NCBI GenBank assembly: GCA_963718525.1
Contig: OY970355.1
Location: 769,730 to 833,729, forward strand
Source: Candidatus Dormiibacterota bacterium
GTDB taxonomy: Bacteria; Chloroflexota; Dormibacteria; Aeolococcales; Aeolococcaceae
Direction: 5' to 3'
Length of the DNA stretch: 64,000 nucleotides
Numbering within the stretch: the stretch's first letter is position 1; each line of letters starts with the position of its first letter. Position numbers and translations under genes: made by a program. Below the pieces are notes generated by a model. That model worked only from the letters and a program-made list of their open reading frames with translations. It ran no database searches and was not told the DNA's origin. Positions 60,162-64,000 of this stretch are shown piece after piece.

Positions 60162-62428
60162 TGGCCTGGATGGGCGGGTGGTTCGATCCCGAGCTCGAGG
60201 ACCTGTTTCACGACGAGCCTGAGCTCCTCGAAACCGCACAACGGCTTCGCTCGGCTCGCCCGCAGGTCGAAGCCGATCCACGCTTCCAGAATCGACTTCG
60301 CGCCCAGCTGTTCGCCGAAGCGTCGCGGGGCCGCGGCGCCCGCGGGGTGCGCCGCTGGTGGCGTCTCGGACCGAGCCATTTCGCCTGGGGTGGCGCCTTC
60401 GTCGGGGCCGCGCTCATCACCGCCACGGTGCTCACGTTCGTAACGAATCACCCGACGGACGAAACCGTGACCGCGTTCTCGCAGCTCACCGCCCAGCACT
60501 CGGTGAGCATCTCGCAGGTGATCACCGTCGCGTTCAACCAGCCGATGGACCAGCACGCCGTGGAGGCGGGCGTCCACATTCAGCCGGCGATCAAGGTGTC
60601 ATACACCTGGAAGGACAACGACCTGGTGATCACGCCGGCGTATCACCTGTCGGCGAACACGCCCTATACCGTCACGATCGCGCAGACGGCGATCCGCGCG
60701 GCATCGGGCGCTTCGGCTGCCGCGCCGATCAACATCACCTTCGGAACAGAGCCGACCCCGGCTCCCGGCCCGGCGGCACCGCCGTCGCTCAACCCGGTGA
60801 CCCTCGGTTCGAATGGGACCGGTGGGTCGCTGTTCTACGCCCCGGACGGTTCGCTCATCAGCACGGTCGGCCTCCTCCCAACGTCGCCGACAGCAACCGC
60901 GACACCATCGGCGACTCCCACCCCGTCGGCAAGCCCGACCGCGACCCCTGAGGGTGGCATCACCGGTGCGCCCGGCGTGCCTGGAGGGCTCGTGCAATTC
61001 TCGGGCGCCGGCATGACCAAGCAGCTCGGACCGTCGCCCAGCGCCGCGGCATTCTCTCCCAACGGCAGGTACCTGGCGACCGCGGTGCCAGACGCCGGTG
61101 GCGGTTCGATGATCGTCACCAGCCAGAGCGACGGGACCCACTCGGTGCCGCTCATCGACTCACCGGCTGCCGTGACCGCACTGACGTGGTCGTCGAACGA
61201 TCGAATCATCTATACGGACGGGACCAACATCGTCTCGGTGGACCTCACCAAGGCGACCACGCAGCTGTACACCCTCGCGGGCGGCGCGGGCACGATCACC
61301 GAGCTTGCCTCGGGCGGTGCGTACGCCTACGTCGCGCCCTCGACCGGCACCGGCGGGTCGCTGCTGCACATCCGCGCCGGAACGGAGCAGGTGCTCTCGG
61401 GCGCGGGGGCCGACGTCGCATTCAGCGGTGACGGCAAGACCGTCGCATGGATCGACGAGTCGGCACAGCCCGCCCGTCTGCTCACGGAGGCGGTCGGTCA
61501 GAGTGCTCCCACGGTCGTTCCGATGCCCAACTCATCGGCCAGCCCAAGCGACGTCACCATCGACATGAACGGCGATGAGGCGGCATTCCTCAGCACCAAG
61601 TCCTCGGGCGTCGCAGAGCTCGCGATCGTGCAGCTGCCGAGCGGCACCGTGCTCGCGGTGCAATCACCCGCGAATGCATCCCAGCTCACGCTGTCCCCGG
61701 GTGGTGATCAGGTCGCCTTCGTCTCGAACACCGCGGGCGGCGCCTCCATTGAACAGGCCACCGTCCCGGGCACCAGGAGCCGGGCGAACCAGCCGCAGAT
61801 TCCGGCGGGTGCCAACGCCACCCTGCAACGATTCGTGCAGGCCCAGGTCGGCCAGGACGGCCAACCAGATCTCGGCGCGCTCGCGGCACTGAGTGCCGCG
61901 AATGTCGATGCCGCATCGACGACGCCCCAGGACCTCAGCCGGGCCTACGTGATCAGCACCTACCTCGAGCCCCAGGGTGGCGTCGGAGCGAGCATCGAGC
62001 TGATCGTCGACCCGAGCTCCGGACACACCACGGCCCGCGTCGCCAGCGAGACGCTGCTCATCGCCCAGGACCCCAGCGGCCGGTACCTTGTGATGCAGGC
62101 GCAGACGTCGCCGCTTCGTGACGAGTTGGCAGGACCGCACGTGGTTCAGGTGACCTCGATCACCACCAACGGCGTCACCACGCTCCAGGTGAGCTTCGAC
62201 AGTGACATCGACCCGGGCACCGTCGCGGGCTCGATCGCCGTCATGTCGGCGTCGGGCAACATCCTCTTTTCGACGGCGGTGTACAACCCCGACACGCGGA
62301 CCGCCACGGTCACGATCCAGAACGCGCCGTCCGGGACGTTGACCCTCGACATCGCAACCACGCTTGCCGACTTCGAGGGACAGGCGCTTGCGCACAGCTT
62401 CGAGACCAAGGTCCAGGCAAACTCCTAG
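60161..62428 (+). CDS. Membrane-anchored protein coupled to the ECF sigma gene (putative anti-sigma factor) with Ig-like and PD40/TolB-like beta-propeller regions
   Basis: 755 aa. The ATG shares one nucleotide with the sigma stop (TGATG). A single TM helix (WGGAFVGAALITATVLTFV) follows about 70 cytoplasmic residues. Then come SbsA-like Ig segments, a Pro/Thr/Ser/Ala linker, and PD40-like repeats (FSPNGRYLA, FSGDGKTVAW, LSPGGDQVAFVS). Confidence 0.6.
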   Translation: MAWMGGWFDPELEDLFHDEPELLETAQRLRSARPQVEADPRFQNRLRAQLFAEASRGRGARGVRRWWRLGPSHFAWGGAFVGAALITATVLTFVTNHPTDETVTAFSQLTAQHSVSISQVITVAFNQPMDQHAVEAGVHIQPAIKVSYTWKDNDLVITPAYHLSANTPYTVTIAQTAIRAASGASAAAPINITFGTEPTPAPGPAAPPSLNPVTLGSNGTGGSLFYAPDGSLISTVGLLPTSPTATATPSATPTPSASPTATPEGGITGAPGVPGGLVQFSGAGMTKQLGPSPSAAAFSPNGRYLATAVPDAGGGSMIVTSQSDGTHSVPLIDSPAAVTALTWSSNDRIIYTDGTNIVSVDLTKATTQLYTLAGGAGTITELASGGAYAYVAPSTGTGGSLLHIRAGTEQVLSGAGADVAFSGDGKTVAWIDESAQPARLLTEAVGQSAPTVVPMPNSSASPSDVTIDMNGDEAAFLSTKSSGVAELAIVQLPSGTVLAVQSPANASQLTLSPGGDQVAFVSNTAGGASIEQATVPGTRSRANQPQIPAGANATLQRFVQAQVGQDGQPDLGALAALSAANVDAASTTPQDLSRAYVISTYLEPQGGVGASIELIVDPSSGHTTARVASETLLIAQDPSGRYLVMQAQTSPLRDELAGPHVVQVTSITTNGVTTLQVSFDSDIDPGTVAGSIAVMSASGNILFSTAVYNPDTRTATVTIQNAPSGTLTLDIATTLADFEGQALAHSFETKVQANS

Positions 62429-63186
62429 CCGGCTGTGCTCCCAGTGGTGCACCACAGCGTTGCCCGAACCGGGATGCGCATGGTCCCATCAGCGGCCGTG
62501 CAGCGCTCCAGCGCGCGCTGACACATCGCTCGACCTTCGCGCAGGGCCGGCTCGGATGTGTCGGTCAGCTCGGCGGCGATCGGCCGTTCGACCACCATCG
62601 CCGCCCAGTAGTCCGCAATACCGTCGAAGCGCACCACGTCGTTGAGCGTCACCGCCTCCCAGTGCGTTGCTTGCACGGGATATGGGCCGGCGAGCGCGCT
62701 TGCCAGGAAGAGGGAGTCAATTCCAGTGACGGCGCGCAGAGCGTCGAGCAGTGCGACTTCGTGCATCGGTGGTTCCGACGCGTCCCACGTGAGCACGCCG
62801 GCGCGGCCACCGGGACGCGTTGCGCGCCTCGCTGCGTCGAGCAGCAACTCGCCGTCCCAGAACCCGTAGGTGCAGAGCGACGCCACGCGGTCGCATGACG
62901 CGTGGCCCAGCGGGATGCCGCCTCCAGCAGCGAGCAATGTCGATGCACCACACCCGGTGTCCGAGACATCACGCTCGGCGTCTCCGAGCAGTGCGGTCTC
63001 CGTGTCGACGAGCATGACGTGCCCGCGAGTCCCGACTGCACTGCCAAGCGCAACCCCACCAACGCCCGTGTCGCAGATGAGGTCGCACGCGGCCTCACCC
63101 GCTTGCACGCCGAGCAGCGCGACCACCTGCTCGGCAAGCGGCCGAAGCACCGCGCGTGCGTACAGCCGCCCGAAGCGCGGCTCCAC
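62425..63186 (-). CDS. Hypothetical protein with a weak class I methyltransferase-like fold
   Basis: 253 aa from GTG 63186, 4 nt after the accC-like stop. ACDLICDTGVGG resembles SAM motif I and RPGGRAGVLTWD resembles the post-II region. The ORF-track start 63345 overlaps the upstream gene. Confidence 0.45.
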   Translation of the reverse strand: MEPRFGRLYARAVLRPLAEQVVALLGVQAGEAACDLICDTGVGGVALGSAVGTRGHVMLVDTETALLGDAERDVSDTGCGASTLLAAGGGIPLGHASCDRVASLCTYGFWDGELLLDAARRATRPGGRAGVLTWDASEPPMHEVALLDALRAVTGIDSLFLASALAGPYPVQATHWEAVTLNDVVRFDGIADYWAAMVVERPIAAELTDTSEPALREGRAMCQRALERCTAADGTMRIPVRATLWCTTGSTAG

Positions 63187-63190
63187 GCCG

Positions 63191-64000
63191 TCAGCCCGAG
63201 ACGGCGATCGCGGCGGAGATGGCAGCGACGCGCGCCGGGTCGCGGACCACGCGCCGGAACGGCTCCTGCTGTTCCGCCCATGCGTCCGCCGCCGCAACCA
63301 GCTCCGGATGCTGCTCGATGAACGCGGTGCTGTACGTCCCGGCACGAAAGTCCGGATCAGCGATCACGGCAAGGTGGTACGCGATGTTGGTGCGTATCCC
63401 GTTGATGACGTACTCCAGCAACGCGCGGCGCATCCGATCGAGCGCCATGTCACGCGTCGGTCCATAGGTGATCAGCTTGGCGATCATCGGGTCGTAGTTG
63501 GGGGAGACCAGCCCGGCGCTCACCAGCGAGCTGTCGACGCGCACACCCGGACCTGCGGGCTCGTGGTAGCCGGTCACCTGCCCGGGCGAGGGAAGAAAGC
63601 CCTTCGCGTAGTTCTCCGCATTGATCCGGCACTCGACGGCATGTCCGCGCGGCACCACCTCCTCCTGGGTCAGCGACAGCCGCTCCCCAGCTGCGATGCG
63701 CAGCTGTTCGGCCACGAGGTCGATGCCGTAGACGAGCTCGGTGACCGGATGCTCGACCTGCAGGCGGGTGTTCATCTCGAGGAAATAGAACTCACCCTCG
63801 CGGTAGATGAATTCGACGGTGCCGGCGTTGACATATCCGACCGCCTTTGCGGCAGTGACCGCGGCGTGTCCCATCCGCGCGCGGGTCGCCGCATCGATGA
63901 CCGGTGAGGGCGCCTCCTCGACGATCTTCTGATGACGGCGCTGGACGGAGCACTCCCGCTCTCCGAGGTGGATGACATTGCCGTGCGTGTCCGCAAGCAC
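63191..64000 (-). CDS. accC: Biotin carboxylase subunit of an acyl-CoA carboxylase, C-terminal part (5' end outside the window)
   Basis: HLGERECSVQRRHQKIVEEAPSP, EFYFLEMNTRLQVEHPVTE, RINAE and YDPMIAKLI are biotin-carboxylase ATP-grasp and C-domain motifs. Confidence 0.9.
   Translation of the reverse strand: MLADTHGNVIHLGERECSVQRRHQKIVEEAPSPVIDAATRARMGHAAVTAAKAVGYVNAGTVEFIYREGEFYFLEMNTRLQVEHPVTELVYGIDLVAEQLRIAAGERLSLTQEEVVPRGHAVECRINAENYAKGFLPSPGQVTGYHEPAGPGVRVDSSLVSAGLVSPNYDPMIAKLITYGPTRDMALDRMRRALLEYVINGIRTNIAYHLAVIADPDFRAGTYSTAFIEQHPELVAAADAWAEQQEPFRRVVRDPARVAAISAAIAVSG

Overview
High-GC bacterial chromosomal segment (roughly two-thirds G+C by eye, not computed). It is gene-dense, with about 60 protein-coding genes and no rRNA, tRNA, CRISPR array, transposase or integrase that I could recognise. 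The gene content looks Actinobacteria- or Chloroflexi-like, which is inference only. The content is mainly housekeeping. (1) Two purine-biosynthesis clusters sit on the minus strand: purM-purN-purH at 40.6-43.8 kb, and purB-purC-purS-purQ-purL-purF plus a PLP-dependent dehydratase at 50.5-58.7 kb. (2) A complete GlgE alpha-glucan operon, glgE-treS-mak-glgB, lies at 32.6-40.1 kb. (3) A GltD-like flavoprotein with a fused ferredoxin domain is followed by 2-oxoacid:ferredoxin oxidoreductase korA-korB. (4) Also present are acnA, recJ, queC, rplY(ctc), tag plus a stand-alone ATP-dependent DNA ligase, a CobB/CbiA-like amidase, a ChlI-like AAA+ ATPase with a VWA partner, ccdA with a DipZ-like thioredoxin protein, an HspR-like MerR regulator, a DksA/TraR protein, an ECF sigma factor with a large membrane-anchored partner, a receiver-only response regulator and a GGDEF-EAL membrane protein. 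Neighbouring genes are very often joined by ATGA, GTGA or TGATG overlaps. Points worth a second look: a 128-nt nested inverted repeat filling an anomalous 310-nt gap between purS and purQ. Five otherwise well-conserved genes have an interrupted reading frame: four single-base +1 frameshifts and one in-frame TGA at the Gly position of a MIDAS DxSGS motif. Three of these five lesions sit directly after the tetramer GAGT. An HspR-like regulator has a HAIR-like inverted repeat upstream and two translationally coupled paralogous small proteins downstream. A CobB/CbiA-like protein lacks the expected nucleophile Cys. A 25-codon hydrophobic micro-ORF has a perfect Shine-Dalgarno sequence. I found no clear defence island or mobile element. 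The interrupted genes are more economically explained by assembly error than by biology, and this needs read-level checking.
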